Shown: positions 43,291-43,456 of the stretch, piece by piece | How positions within the stretch are numbered: position 1 is the stretch's first letter | Layout of the letters: the number at the start of each line of letters is the position of its first letter | Source of the DNA: an uncultured archaeon | GTDB taxonomy: Archaea; Nanohalarchaeota; Nanosalinia; Nanosalinales; Nanosalinaceae | Assembly (NCBI GenBank): GCA_964421955.1 | Contig: CAYQYU010000009.1 | Location: 1-43,456, forward strand | DNA length: 43,456 nucleotides | Direction of reading: 5' to 3' | Made by a program: the position numbers and the translations under genes | Notes under the pieces: model-generated | Seen by the model: the letters and a program-made list of their open reading frames with translations, nothing else | Told to the model about the DNA's origin: nothing | Databases searched by the model: none

Positions 43291-43456
43291 CTCTTACTAC
43301 ATGTTCAACATCTCGTCTTTCTCCGGCAGCTCCAGACAAAGGTGAAACTCGACATTGAAACCGGAACTGGAACACCACACGACCGACTTTAAAGGCTACC
43401 ACAGCCACTACAAAACCAGAAAATCTCTAACCCTGGAGGCCGGTAAACCGTGAAGT

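Noticed and set aside
52-43408. Numerous antisense and alternative-frame ORFs in the track (e.g. 52-453, 7400-7927, 19145-19777, 29680-30222, 36607-37086)
   Set aside because: They shadow well-supported genes; their Ser/Phe/Leu-rich composition is the antisense image of Glu/Asp/Lys-rich coding strands.
43208-43408. 66-aa minus-strand ORF, and the TTG start at 42012
   Set aside because: Both overlap tRNA genes; they are artefacts.
1-43456. CRISPR array, rRNA, SRP or RNase P RNA, transposase or integrase
   Set aside because: No regularly spaced repeats, no long enough non-coding gap with the conserved motifs, and no recombinase motifs recognised.

Overview
Compact archaeal core-genome segment with a strongly acidic proteome. 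The very short or overlapping intergenic spacers, single-fold HMf-type histone and gene content fit a halophilic DPANN archaeon (Nanohaloarchaeota-like); this taxonomy is inference. It holds a complete A1AO-ATP synthase operon on the minus strand (H-I-K-E-C-F-A-[extra gene]-B-D). It also holds information-processing genes: trm1, tfb, tbp, nob1, histone, aIF5A, CCA enzyme, adk, elp3, trmB-like, DNA ligase, rpl15e-rpp30-pop5, mcm, RPA32-like, SSB, aIF2-beta, nth, Vms1/VLRF1, DRG, cdc6/orc1, rps8e, Lsm-rpl37e. Two intron-containing tRNAs are present, Lys(UUU) and Ile(GAU). Single unrecognised genes are scattered between housekeeping genes, with no integrase or transposase in view. The most notable signal is a dispersed family of ~45-nt twin-hairpin elements (GAAnAC..GT.TTC, 8-9 nt spacer, second hairpin). 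Copies occur in the atpC-atpF spacer, the Lsm-rpl37e spacer, the leader upstream of tRNA-Lys and inside the tRNA-Ile intron, and two copies cover the Shine-Dalgarno of the next gene. Other highlights: an internally duplicated unknown protein between atpA and atpB, an orphan Panacea/SocA-like antitoxin, a pore-less voltage-sensor-like protein, an Elp3 with an altered ELHVYG motif, and CGGAA repeats around cdc6.
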